From: a virus
Taxonomy: Duplodnaviria > Caudoviricetes
Length of the DNA: 64,000 bases
Reading direction: 5' to 3' (one strand)
IMG/VR virus record: IMGVR_UViG_3300011977_000007
Coordinates: 46,264-110,263 of that record
The position numbers were made by a program, and so were the translations under genes. The notes under the pieces were generated by a model. That model had not been told where the DNA came from and searched no databases. It saw nothing but the letters and a program-made list of their open reading frames with translations. Position 1 is the stretch's first letter. Every line of letters begins with the position of its first letter. Shown here piece after piece: positions 41,311 to 51,487 of this stretch.

Positions 41311-41706
41311 TTAATAATCTTGCTCGTCAATTATTTTATTGCCTAAAAATGAAATATTATTAGTATTACATTCTCCTTGACATCCGTTAGTAGCCCATAC
41401 TAATACATTTGCCATATTTAAAACTTCTGCACAACTAAATACCATAAATAATTGATTATCTTCATAATCAATATCGGTATTATCTGTAGTCCACATAATA
41501 CTATGGATATCTTCATTTAATGATGTGATATCTGAAATATTATATGGCTCCGGGCAAAGTAATAATTCGCCATTCCATGATGCTTTATCATCATAAGGTC
41601 CGCCTGTTTTTATATGCAAATCTTCATCTGCATAATGTGGTTATCATGTAGTAAATACTGTGCCTATTGGCATCTTACCTAAAGTTTCTTTAGTTACAAT
41701 CTTCAT
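41311..41706 (-). pseudogene. hypothetical gene with in-frame TGA TAA
   Basis: AGGAGG RBS and ATG 41706 (MKIVTKETLGKMPIGTVF) in frame with the 41311..41619 ORF, interrupted by tandem stops at 41641-41646. Confidence 0.5.
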
Positions 41707-41739
41707 TTTACTTACCTCCTAATATATATTTGGATGTAT

Positions 41740-42261
41740 TTAGATTAATCCTTTTTCGATTAATTCTCCTAAGTAATAATATCTACATAAGCAATTCCAA
41801 TTAATTAGGTACTCTTTACCAAGAATGTATTTAACACAATTTTCTACTTTATCTAATTCATCAATCCATTTATCCCAATTGTCTGCAATGAACTGACAGT
41901 ACTTTTCACCGCTTCCACGTAAAAAGCATCTACCAACCCATTCAGCTTTCATCTTTTTATCAGGATAAACTAATGTGAAATGAATCCCATTCTTGATCAA
42001 AGCATCTATAACTTCTTTATGGCTACTTATAAAGATATAATCAACTTTCCCAATATTCTCTTTAATGTGCTGAATATAATTCTTTGGAAATTCAGGATTG
42101 CGGTACTTTTCAAATTTATCTGAATTTACTGGATTATGATAATAACACCAATTAAACTGACTACTATCACTATCTAGAATTTTATAGCCTTTCTCATTTA
42201 ATTTTTTAAAAGTATATGTTTTCCCACAAGCATGAAATGCACTAATAATTTTTGTCTTCAT
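41740..42261 (-). CDS. P-loop NTPase/kinase-like protein
   Basis: IISAFHACGKT Walker-A-like, LDSDSS; early promoter at 42304-42321. Confidence 0.6.
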   Translation of the reverse strand: MKTKIISAFHACGKTYTFKKLNEKGYKILDSDSSQFNWCYYHNPVNSDKFEKYRNPEFPKNYIQHIKENIGKVDYIFISSHKEVIDALIKNGIHFTLVYPDKKMKAEWVGRCFLRGSGEKYCQFIADNWDKWIDELDKVENCVKYILGKEYLINWNCLCRYYYLGELIEKGLI

Positions 42262-42399
42262 ATTGTTTATCCTCCATAATTATATTTTTATTCTATATAC
42301 ATATATAATATATAATTGAAAATATTTTAAAATAGAAAAAATATAATAGTAGTTATTTTAATCTTTTTTGAATAAGGGGATTTCTCCCCTTATTCATAT

Positions 42400-42888
42400 T
42401 TAATCACTATATAATGCTTTATAAAATGATATTTTCAACTTACTGTATTCTTCATACAGCTTAATAAACCGCTTTGTAGATGAATATCTAGGAACATAGT
42501 TATCTATCCCACTACCATCATTGAATCTACCATGCAGAATCATATTATTAATCCATCTATTAAAATGATTCATAATAATACCATCTGTATGAGCATCCCA
42601 TTTATAAAACGCAATTATCATGAATCCATTAGGATTATCGATTCTATACCCATAACACCCGTTATTCATTTTTCCGGGAGCTAAAATAGTATCAGTAGAT
42701 TCATCATACAGTGCAGGCTCATTATATTTTAATACTTCTACAAATTGTTCTCTAGTCCATCTTTCTTTAATAATTGAGCATTTGCTTCTATCATAATTAA
42801 AAGCTACAATAGTCGCAAAATAATTTAAATTTGCACGACAATCATTCTTTTTGCACTTTGTGCATTTTCTTTCTTTAATATTATCCAT
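42400..42888 (-). CDS. hypothetical protein
   Basis: AGGAG RBS, 162 aa. Confidence 0.55.
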   Translation of the reverse strand: MDNIKERKCTKCKKNDCRANLNYFATIVAFNYDRSKCSIIKERWTREQFVEVLKYNEPALYDESTDTILAPGKMNNGCYGYRIDNPNGFMIIAFYKWDAHTDGIIMNHFNRWINNMILHGRFNDGSGIDNYVPRYSSTKRFIKLYEEYSKLKISFYKALYSD

Positions 42889-42900
42889 GATAATTATCTC

Positions 42901-43176
42901 CTAGACAAATCTATACTCCTGTTTAACATCAGGGTATTTTTCCTTATCAACTTTAGATAAGAACATTTCTTTAGGTCTAACATATACCTGACCATCACCA
43001 TATAATGCCTGATAGCATACAAACTTTTCTCCAGTCTCAGTATGCTGTGCATCCATAGAAATAATTCTATAAAGATACATTGTTGGAAAATTCCTCAATA
43101 CTTCATCAGATAATGTCTCTCTCTTGAAATGCCTTACAATATCTCCTGCTTTTAAATTTCTAACTTCATTACTCAT
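42901..43176 (-). CDS. DUF1653 family protein
   Basis: RHFK...Y..I..A.HTETGE..V.YQALYG...VRP..MFLS.VD..KYP..KQ.YRF. Confidence 0.8.
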   Translation of the reverse strand: MSNEVRNLKAGDIVRHFKRETLSDEVLRNFPTMYLYRIISMDAQHTETGEKFVCYQALYGDGQVYVRPKEMFLSKVDKEKYPDVKQEYRFV

Positions 43177-43930
43177 TTTCTTTTTCCTCCTCATTTTCTT
43201 CACATTTTTCATCTACTACTAATCCACCATCTTTTTTAGATTCATTAATTCTGGTGATATTAGCATCTATACCAAATTTATCTTTAAGAAAATTAATGTA
43301 ATACATTCTTTCATCGCGATATGTGTATTTATCCGCCACAAGTTCTAATAATGCAGTAATTAAATGACTACATGGTGTACATTCACCGCAAAAATCTCCT
43401 CCATCAATATTTTCGCATGATGTACTATTTTCTAATAAGAATTTATCCTTTTGATATAAGAAGTGTATAATATCTTTCTTATAATAATATCTAAGAGGAA
43501 ATCTCACACCAATATCGGTATGCTGAAAATGAGCTGCTGCTGTAATAACCTTAATAAGATCATCCATGTGAGTCAATGCCTGATCACCACAAATATAACT
43601 CAAATCTATTTCATCACAATCGCTAGTTAATAAGCACATATATGGTAACCACATTAATGGTTGAGCTAAACCACGATTACTATTAGGCCAATAGCTGCAT
43701 TCAGTATCAATACCAATATTAGCATTAATAACATTAAGTTTGCAGTTATAATATTTAGCCTTAAGATAATCAATGATTTTCTTTCTAGCTTCAGTCTCCC
43801 TATTTACTTTTTCTTTACCAAGTAAATTAGATTCAATACATACAATTGTAACTTCACTTTCCTCTTGCATTAATTCATTGAGTAAGTATGTTGAATCAAA
43901 TCCACCGCTGAATAACATTGCTTTTTTCAT
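43169..43930 (-). CDS. QueC-like PP-loop ATPase (7-cyano-7-deazaguanine synthase family)
   Basis: LFSGGFDST PP-loop, FPL...K..I, SC...CGECTPC zinc site. Confidence 0.75.
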   Translation of the reverse strand: MKKAMLFSGGFDSTYLLNELMQEESEVTIVCIESNLLGKEKVNRETEARKKIIDYLKAKYYNCKLNVINANIGIDTECSYWPNSNRGLAQPLMWLPYMCLLTSDCDEIDLSYICGDQALTHMDDLIKVITAAAHFQHTDIGVRFPLRYYYKKDIIHFLYQKDKFLLENSTSCENIDGGDFCGECTPCSHLITALLELVADKYTYRDERMYYINFLKDKFGIDANITRINESKKDGGLVVDEKCEENEEEKENE

Positions 43931-44757
43931 GATAATAATACCTCCTTAGAATCACTACAATATTTTACAAATTCTACACCGTTAGGCGCAAACATATTAA
44001 GCATTGCGCATACTAAATTATAGCTTAATCCTGAATGGTCTTGTCCATTAAATATGCTTTTTGCTTCTGCAAAATGATTATTCGAATCTGTAGCTTTATT
44101 AAGCTCTTTAATAATTTCAAGAGTTGCATCCAATTCCATACCATGGTATATATCCCTTAATCTTATAGGTACAATTGCATACCACTGATCTAATTTATCA
44201 TCTGCAATAACACCTTTAGCTAAAGCATTATACTTTTTAGTTAAAGTAGAAATTTTCTTTTGAAATTCCTTTTCTGCCTTTTCATAATCTAATTCTACTT
44301 CTTTCTGCTTATTACCATTTGCGCATACTCTAGAGTAGATTTCATCTACATTTAAATTATCAGAATAAATAGGATGACCATTAAACAATGCATATACTAA
44401 ATTAGTACCGACAATATTAGGGTTTACTGTTCTTATATATTCAATAGCCTGATTAAGATAACGTAATGGTGGAAGCTGAATTTCTTTATACTGTTTCTTC
44501 AAATTCTCAATAGCATTAATAGCGGCAAATTCACCATTAAATCTATCATAAACTCCGGAAGAAAGTTTATCTCTACCAATATCACATTTGATATTTTTAC
44601 CATTGATGACATTAATTTTTCTATCTTTATTTACAAAGTAAGCAATATCATTAAGAGTAATTACTTTATTCATATCTGTTTTTTCTGTTGGTATTGCAGC
44701 ATCATATAATGCTTTTACCAACTTAACTTTATTTAATCCTTCGATATCAATTTTCAT
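43927..44757 (-). CDS. hypothetical protein
   Basis: GGAGG RBS, 276 aa; stop overlaps the next start. Confidence 0.6.
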   Translation of the reverse strand: MKIDIEGLNKVKLVKALYDAAIPTEKTDMNKVITLNDIAYFVNKDRKINVINGKNIKCDIGRDKLSSGVYDRFNGEFAAINAIENLKKQYKEIQLPPLRYLNQAIEYIRTVNPNIVGTNLVYALFNGHPIYSDNLNVDEIYSRVCANGNKQKEVELDYEKAEKEFQKKISTLTKKYNALAKGVIADDKLDQWYAIVPIRLRDIYHGMELDATLEIIKELNKATDSNNHFAEAKSIFNGQDHSGLSYNLVCAMLNMFAPNGVEFVKYCSDSKEVLLS

Positions 44758-44780
44758 TTTATATACCTCCGTATTTATTT

Positions 44781-45014
44781 TTATAATGTAGCCGGACTAA
44801 TGTTAATTATTCGTTCATCATTAGTCCTTACAATAGTCCAATAACTCCCAATTCTCGGATCATTTTGTATATTTAATGATTCGTCATTGGCTCTTACATA
44901 TAAATACCGTAGCTCAGGAATTTCATCATCTGGCTCTATCATTTTAATAGTGCCTTTATAAGTTACTGTATAATCTACAAGATCTAATACTTCAATTATA
45001 TCGCCAACTTTCAT
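44781..45014 (-). CDS. hypothetical protein (SH3/KOW-like)
   Basis: MKVGDIIEV start; RBS. Confidence 0.55.
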   Translation of the reverse strand: MKVGDIIEVLDLVDYTVTYKGTIKMIEPDDEIPELRYLYVRANDESLNIQNDPRIGSYWTIVRTNDERIINISPATL

Positions 45015-45015
45015 A

Positions 45016-45513
45016 TTAAGCCTCCATTACCTGTAACCAAAACTCTTTTGTATCACATGCATTAAATTTATTACCATTACTATCGGTTGCTTTATCTTTA
45101 ATAGTAGCATCATATTTTGATATATACTCATTATAAATTTCAGGATCTTTTAAAATAGGCCATCTAAGTGGAAATGCACCTACTACATCCGATGGTGTAA
45201 TTTCATACCCTCTAGGTATTGGAGATCCCTTTTTATCTTTAATGCTTTGCAAAAGATCCATTAATATAGCCTGAACCAATCCTGGATTTTCTCCGCTAAA
45301 AAGTCCTAATAATAATAATAACTCATCTGGAAGCTCTATACCAACATCAAAGGCTTCAAATTTTTTAGTTAAAATTTTTGCCGTAAATGAATTTTTCATA
45401 ATTATATCATGTGCTTCTTCATCATGTTGTGTTCCTAATTTATGCCATTTATTATAGACCATATCACATAAATTTTCAATTTCTTTTACTTCCTTATTAT
45501 CCATATTAATCAC
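45016..45513 (-). CDS. hypothetical protein
   Basis: GAGGTG RBS, 165 aa. Confidence 0.55.
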   Translation of the reverse strand: MINMDNKEVKEIENLCDMVYNKWHKLGTQHDEEAHDIIMKNSFTAKILTKKFEAFDVGIELPDELLLLLGLFSGENPGLVQAILMDLLQSIKDKKGSPIPRGYEITPSDVVGAFPLRWPILKDPEIYNEYISKYDATIKDKATDSNGNKFNACDTKEFWLQVMEA

Positions 45514-45559
45514 CTCATAAAATTATTAGGAGGTATCACTAAGGATACCTCCTTTATTA

Positions 45560-45823
45560 TTAATTCATAACAAACCAATCTTCTGCTAAACAGTCATTTA
45601 CACTTGGAACCCATGTTGATACTGTTCCATTAACATTTTTAATTGCAAAATAAGGATTGTAATTAACTTTACCATCCTCGTCGGCAATATCTATTGCTGC
45701 TTTAGTATAAGCTGAGAATCTTCCTGCTGGTACAAGAAATACAAACATACCTTTACCGTTCCAGCCATCCCTTGATACTTTAGCGCCTTTCTTTATTTCT
45801 TCTAAAGCTTCACCAAAATTCAT
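45560..45823 (-). CDS. DUF2829 / Tad2-like nucleotide-signal sponge protein
   Basis: MNFGEALE.IK.G.KV.R.GWNGKGMFVFL...WVPS..D.LAEDW signature. Confidence 0.8.
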   Translation of the reverse strand: MNFGEALEEIKKGAKVSRDGWNGKGMFVFLVPAGRFSAYTKAAIDIADEDGKVNYNPYFAIKNVNGTVSTWVPSVNDCLAEDWFVMN

Positions 45824-45824
45824 T

Positions 45825-46364
45825 TTAAAACTCCACTCCCTGATTATGTTTATTAACAACTCTTGCTACTTCTACCTTAGTTCTATCATTTTTTACATTC
45901 TGATAATCGCATAAATTATCAAATATACGATCAAAATGATTATTGATGGCATTATTAATTTCGTTCTGCATACTGGAGACGCATGCAGATAAGTACATTG
46001 CAAAATCTGTATCCATATTAGCAGTATCTTTATTAAAATCACCGGTGTCATACAAGGCAAGCGCTGCTGGATCATGATCTCCGTATGTTACCTGAGATTT
46101 GTCTACAGGTTCTGATGGTTCTGTGCAATCATCGCAATATGCAACTTCTAAGTTTGCAATATCTTCATCAGAAGCAGCAATTGAAAAATGTCCATCACCA
46201 ACTGTATAAACAGGTGTATCTGGATCTAATGTACTGAAAAAGTGAGCGAGATTACCAGCTTTCATTTCTACATTACCCATTGTATCCTCACAATGATTTC
46301 CGCATTTGCACATATGTTCTACCTCCTTAGCTGTTTGTAAATCTTTCTGTTTTTTGTTTCTCAT
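45825..46364 (-). CDS. hypothetical protein
   Basis: GGAGG RBS; early promoter at 46420-46437. Confidence 0.55.
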   Translation of the reverse strand: MRNKKQKDLQTAKEVEHMCKCGNHCEDTMGNVEMKAGNLAHFFSTLDPDTPVYTVGDGHFSIAASDEDIANLEVAYCDDCTEPSEPVDKSQVTYGDHDPAALALYDTGDFNKDTANMDTDFAMYLSACVSSMQNEINNAINNHFDRIFDNLCDYQNVKNDRTKVEVARVVNKHNQGVEF

Positions 46365-46452
46365 TTTTATTTCCTCCATTTTCTTTTATTATATAGAAGT
46401 TTATACCTCTATATATTTATATAATATATAATTATAAATTCCTTTATTTAGA

Positions 46453-46731
46453 TTAAATAAACAGGCATTTAAGCACATATGCTATAATTGTCCATATAGT
46501 ATATCTAGTACAATTCCTAAGAAATGATACAGATATACTTTCATCATCATTAGCAATATGATTAGCTTTATCAACTAATATGAAATCTATAATAAGTACG
46601 ATTCCTAAACTTTGAGTATTATTTAATACAGGGAATCCATTGAATAATTCTGGAATATACCAATTATATATTGCTTTAAAGCATGCTACTCGTATTATAA
46701 ATTGAACTATCATATAGATAAATTCTACCAT
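46453..46731 (-). CDS. small membrane protein
   Basis: Hydrophobic segments; GGAGG RBS. Confidence 0.55.
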   Translation of the reverse strand: MVEFIYMIVQFIIRVACFKAIYNWYIPELFNGFPVLNNTQSLGIVLIIDFILVDKANHIANDDESISVSFLRNCTRYTIWTIIAYVLKCLFI

Positions 46732-46783
46732 TTTTATCCCTCCATCAAAAAATAAAGAGGGAGCTATAAACTCCCTCAATATT

Positions 46784-49700
46784 TTATCTCATTGCTTGTA
46801 ATCTTTTAATTTTAGCAATTTCATCTTCTGTATATTCACATAATGATTTCATAGAATTAGCATTAATAATTGTATCTCTAGAATGCATCATATCCATATT
46901 ACAACGTCCATCATTTTTTGAAATAAACATTTGTCTTGGAGATATGATATTCTCTGCTGCTTCTATAAATGCTCTTGAATATAACAGAAGGATATTTAAT
47001 GTGTCCAGTATCTTCACACTAGTCGTTAATTAGTGCAGTTCTCTTACGAACTTCTATGGTTTTTCTCCATATGTTGAGACTATATCATCATCTCTATGAG
47101 ATGCTTCTCCACTTCGATTTAAAGGGTTCTCACCTACCTACTTAGGCCCTACTCCTGTTGACGAATTTCACGTCCCTTCCGGGGATAGTCGTTGAACTAT
47201 ATTAAAAATATAGCTGCTGATTATACATTGTTAATACTACTTAGCACTCTATACAGTATAGAGTTTTTTCTCAGCTTATAGCATCTTAGAACTTGTTTCT
47301 GTCTTTCGACTCCTAATTATAGGCATCTAAGCTTTAGCATTTCCCAGCAATTCAAAGAAGATACTTAATATATTACTATATTAAGCGGCAATACATAATT
47401 TACCATCGACCGTAAAACGTAAGCTAAGAGCATACGTTTTAAATAGACTATATCTTCATCCATTATATGGATGCTTTGCTTTTTGATTTAAATGGCCTTA
47501 TTGCTGCTTTGCCATACCTATATAATGGGCTCTACTCTAATAACTTGATAGTCGTTGAACTTTCTATAATAATAACTATTATAGTTTAGCTGCTGATTGT
47601 ACATTATTAATGAACTTTAGCATTTACATAATTCGACACAGCATTACATAAACTTTTTCTCAGCATAGTTCATCTTTAGAATTTTTTCTATCTTTCGATA
47701 ACATTCACGCTTATTATTACTAATTACGTTGTAGTTTCTAAAGCATTAATACCTCCCAGCAATTTACAAAGATTTAACCTATATATTACTATATAAGTGA
47801 CCCCGATGATTTGTTGAGTCTGCAGCAAGTAATTTTAATATTAACAGTGAAATACTCATGGTGTAATCCATATTAATTCCTACAACACGACAAAATAATA
47901 TTCCTCCGTAGCTAATTGTAGGGTTTCTGTTACAATATCTTCACACTAGTCGTTAATTAGCGCAGTTCTCTTATGAACTTCCTAGGTATTTCTCCTAGAG
48001 TTGAGACTATATCATTACCCATATATATATATGGGTATGCTTCCACTTCGATTTAAGAGATTCTCACTCACCTACTTAGGTCCTACTCCAATTGACGATT
48101 TTCACGTCCCGTATAGGGGATAGTCGTTGAACGTTCCTAATAAAATATATTAGGCTTCGCTGCTGATTATACATTGCATAATACCTTAGGACGTATCTAT
48201 TTTATAAATACGCTTTTATTTCACCATAGTACATCTCTTCTACTTGTTTCTATCTTTCGATACCTTATATATTATATAGGCTAGAGAGCTTTAGCATTTC
48301 CCAGCAATTCAAAAGCATTCGTACACCATATTACTATGATATACGGACTAACGTTAATCAGTACAGGTAATCCGCCATCTGAATCTTTAATTAAACCATC
48401 TATAATATCATAGACAATCTGATCAAATCCAATCTGTGCTTTATACCATTTCTTATATGCATCTGCATATGAAAAATTATAAGTCCTTACAAGTATATTA
48501 ATTATTACCTGTTGTAATAATTCACATAAGCCATGATATGGTAATTTTACCTGATCTGGCATTAAATGTACATCTTGTCTAATAACCGAACGGCTACTAA
48601 ACGAGTCGGCGGGTTCACATAGGTCGTTAATCTATGCAGTTTTCTTATGAACTTCTCTAGGTGTTACCTAGAAGCCCAGACTATATCACATACCTTATCT
48701 TATAAGGCATCTTTCTTTTTCGATTTAAGGGGTTCTCACCCACCACTTGGCCCTACTCCTGTTGGCATTTTATTAAGGGCTGCCCAATGGGATAGTCGTT
48801 GAACGTTCCTAATAAAATATATTAGGCTTCGCTGCTGATTATACATTGCATAATACCTTAGGACGTATATCAATATATACGCTTTTATTTCACCATAGTA
48901 CATCTCACTAATTATTTCTATCTTTCGATGCCCTATATAGAAGAGGGATAGTGAGCTTTAGCATTTCCCAGCAATTTAAAAAGATTCACGCACTATATTG
49001 CTATAATACGTGGGCTGATGATAGTTAACCTACCCATTTTGTTCACATAGGTCGTTAATCTATGCAGTTCTCTTATGAACTTCTCTAGTTTTTCTCTAGA
49101 TGATCAGATTATATCATTATACTTTATTCAAGTATTCTTCCACTTTGATTTAAGGGATTCTCACCCACCACTTGGCCCTACTCCTATTGCTGAATTTCAC
49201 AGCCCTTCCGGGGATAGTCGTTGAACGTTCCTAATAAGATATTAGGCTTCGCTGCTGATTATACATTATACGTTATTTAGGACGTATATAATATATACGC
49301 TTTTATTTCACCATGTAACATCTCTCTACTTGTTTCTGAATTTCTTCACCTTATTATAGGCTAGAGAGCTTTAGCATTTCCCAGCAATTCAAAAGATTAT
49401 TCGACACTGTGTTACCACAATGAAGCGGCTTAGATACAAACCGATCGAAGATCTTAAATCTCCTTTTTTACCTTCAAGAATTTCTTTAAGCTCAGTATAT
49501 AAAGCATTAAATTCAACCTGAATATCGTATAATACTTCATATTTATTTTTCTTTTGTCTATCTGGTACTAATTTATCATTATTAGCCTGATATACTAAAT
49601 GAGCTAAAAGATTATAATTCTCATTAGTTTTTTCATATTTAAGACTACCAGCATTATCCAATTTGGTAGGTCTTAATAATGTAGTAAATACAGGAATGGA

Positions 49701-50357
49701 TTGAGTAAATACAATATCTTTATGACGCATTATATCATCATAATAATTTTTCTTTTGAGGATATATAGATAAATAAAAATCCATAATTTCATCAAAATGC
49801 TCTTTAAAATATGGTATTCCTTTTCCCCTAAATGGTTCATCTTTCTTTTTAGGGTCAGGTCCAATTTCAATCTCAATTCCATCCGAATTCACCTGAATAT
49901 CTGGTTCAATTATTCTATTCATACGTTGAGTTCCAATGAAAGCCTCAAGAGAACGATATAAATTAGGATGGATAATATAGAACTTCTTTAATACAATCCA
50001 TCCAAAGATAGACATATCGTCATCTTTATATTTAACCATAGTTCCGCACGATGGGCAAATTTCACCATGGTTAATAGACCCTCTTGTTAAGCCGCAATCA
50101 CAACGATAACGATCAGCAAACGAATCATCATCTTGTAATGTAGAACCATATCTATTAGAGAAAATACCTCCCTGAAGCTTAATATCCTTCTTAATAGATT
50201 TAGGTTGATCGATGATAAATCCTTTACCATTGTGAATATCATTTTCTCTCTCTTTATCTAAGTTTAACCTTACTAACTCCGTAGTATAATCAAACTTATC
50301 ATTGTGGGGATATTGTAATGATATCCGTACATTTGTTTCTCTTTGTTTCTTTACCAA
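46784..50357 (-). CDS. phage RNA polymerase beta-prime N-terminal (catalytic) subunit, probably non-virion RNAP; exons 50357-49440, 49034-49028, 48606-48357, 47932-47817, 47409-47402, 47005-46784; 506 aa
   Basis: Zinc finger C.CG...CPSC; spliced GKKGDLRSSIGGRYSFSSRSVI, LINRNPTI and catalytic AADFDGDTLN; exon sum 1521 nt; early promoter at 50466-50483. Confidence 0.9.
47006..47401 (-). ncRNA. group I intron E (ORF-less), between G and D of DFDGD
   Basis: P1 UGGU/GCCG; core motifs; terminal G followed by GAC ACA TTA. Confidence 0.87.
47410..47816 (-). ncRNA. group I intron D (ORF-less), in the DFDGD Phe codon
   Basis: P1 GACU/GGUC; AATTGCTGGG, AATCAGCAG, TTCAACGACTA, AAGATATAGTC; terminal G. 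Confidence 0.87.
47933..48356 (-). ncRNA. group I intron C (ORF-less)
   Basis: P1 CUGAU/GUUAG; core motifs; splicing restores AT|T AAC AGA (INR). Confidence 0.87.
48607..49027 (-). ncRNA. group I intron B (ORF-less)
   Basis: Same core motifs, GATATAGTC; terminal G; follows the 7-nt micro-exon. Confidence 0.87.
49035..49439 (-). ncRNA. group I intron A (ORF-less)
   Basis: P1 CGGU/GCCG; GAATTGCTGGGAA, AATCAGCAG, TTCAACGACTA; terminal G. Confidence 0.87.
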
Positions 50358-50537
50358 TTTAATTCCTCCTTATATACTCTTTTAGTGTAGCGCTCCTTTC
50401 GTCGTTACTATATTATAATGTAAACGAGCCTATAAAAACTTACCTCAGCTCTCATTATACGTATATATAATATATAATTAAATAAAATTTTATAAAAAAA
50501 ATAAAAAGGGAGTAATTAGACTACTCCCTTTCTGTAG

Positions 50538-50926
50538 CTAGATGAAATCAAAATAGATTTCGCTACCACCACTTACATTATTCCAACCATAGCAACGATA
50601 TACTTCATAATCCTTATTAATAAAGTAATCGCCTGCAGCTACTAAGAAGAAACTGCTATCTACAGACATGTTTGTAACTTCAACATCATGGGGAATTTCT
50701 ACTTCACCATAAGTTGTATCAACAATTTTATGCCCGTAATTATAATTGCAATGAATGAATCCTGAAATTTCATTCCAGAAATCTAAATCACAGATTTTCT
50801 TACAGAGGTACCTTTCAGGAATTTCATTTACAATAATAATACGTGTCTTAAGACGCTGTCTTAAATTATTAGGGAATGGTTTAAACTAACATCTTCAGTT
50901 GCTGCTTTTAAAATAGTTTCAATCAT
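50538..50926 (-). pseudogene. frameshifted hypothetical gene (or programmed -1 frameshift)
   Basis: GGAGG RBS and ATG 50926; frame 0 stops after 21 codons, the -1 frame is open to TAG 50538; early promoter at 50996-51013. Confidence 0.5.
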
Positions 50927-51063
50927 TTATTTTTCCTCCTGCCTTTATTCGGCTTTTAAGTTATTATATATAGGCTTGTTCCCTTATTATACTATTATAT
51001 TATATAATTGAAATATAGAACTTTTATAAAAAATAAAAGGAGGGAATTTATCCCTCCATTTTA

Positions 51064-51477
51064 TTATTTTAATTTAGTATAATCTGGTATTGGTAAATCT
51101 TCAGGAATATCCTTCCAACTTAAACCTTCTGGCGGAAAATCATCTTCATGGTGCCCAAAATTCATCATACATATTGCTGCATGGAATACATCTAATGATT
51201 TATCATATTCATATGGTTTTCTTAATACATTAATAAGCATATTTATTTCCGAATCTGATAATTTATAATTTCCATTTTCAGCATAAATGTAATATGGTCC
51301 AAAGAATGATATCCTAGCCATATTATTTCCAAAATATACTTTCATGTATCCTTGTGGGTAATCTTTAGGCTTAATATAATTATATGGTACATCTATTATA
51401 ATATTATCATCATAATAAATATTATCATAATTTATTGGGTATTCTCCTAAAGATTTAGACATTAAATCATTTTTCAT
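51064..51477 (-). CDS. PDYTKL-family protein B, copy 2
   Basis: Highly similar to 51946..52359. Confidence 0.7.
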   Translation of the reverse strand: MKNDLMSKSLGEYPINYDNIYYDDNIIIDVPYNYIKPKDYPQGYMKVYFGNNMARISFFGPYYIYAENGNYKLSDSEINMLINVLRKPYEYDKSLDVFHAAICMMNFGHHEDDFPPEGLSWKDIPEDLPIPDYTKLK

Positions 51478-51487
51478 TATATACTCC

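Noticed and set aside
25879-41646. Stop-codon reassignment (alternative genetic code)
   Set aside because: Long genes are open in code 11; TAA, TAG and TGA all end genes; RNAP and nrdD breaks are explained by introns
47006-49439. CRISPR array or structural RNA operon in the long ORF-free repeated region
   Set aside because: The repeats are conserved group I intron core elements separated by exons, not repeat-spacer units
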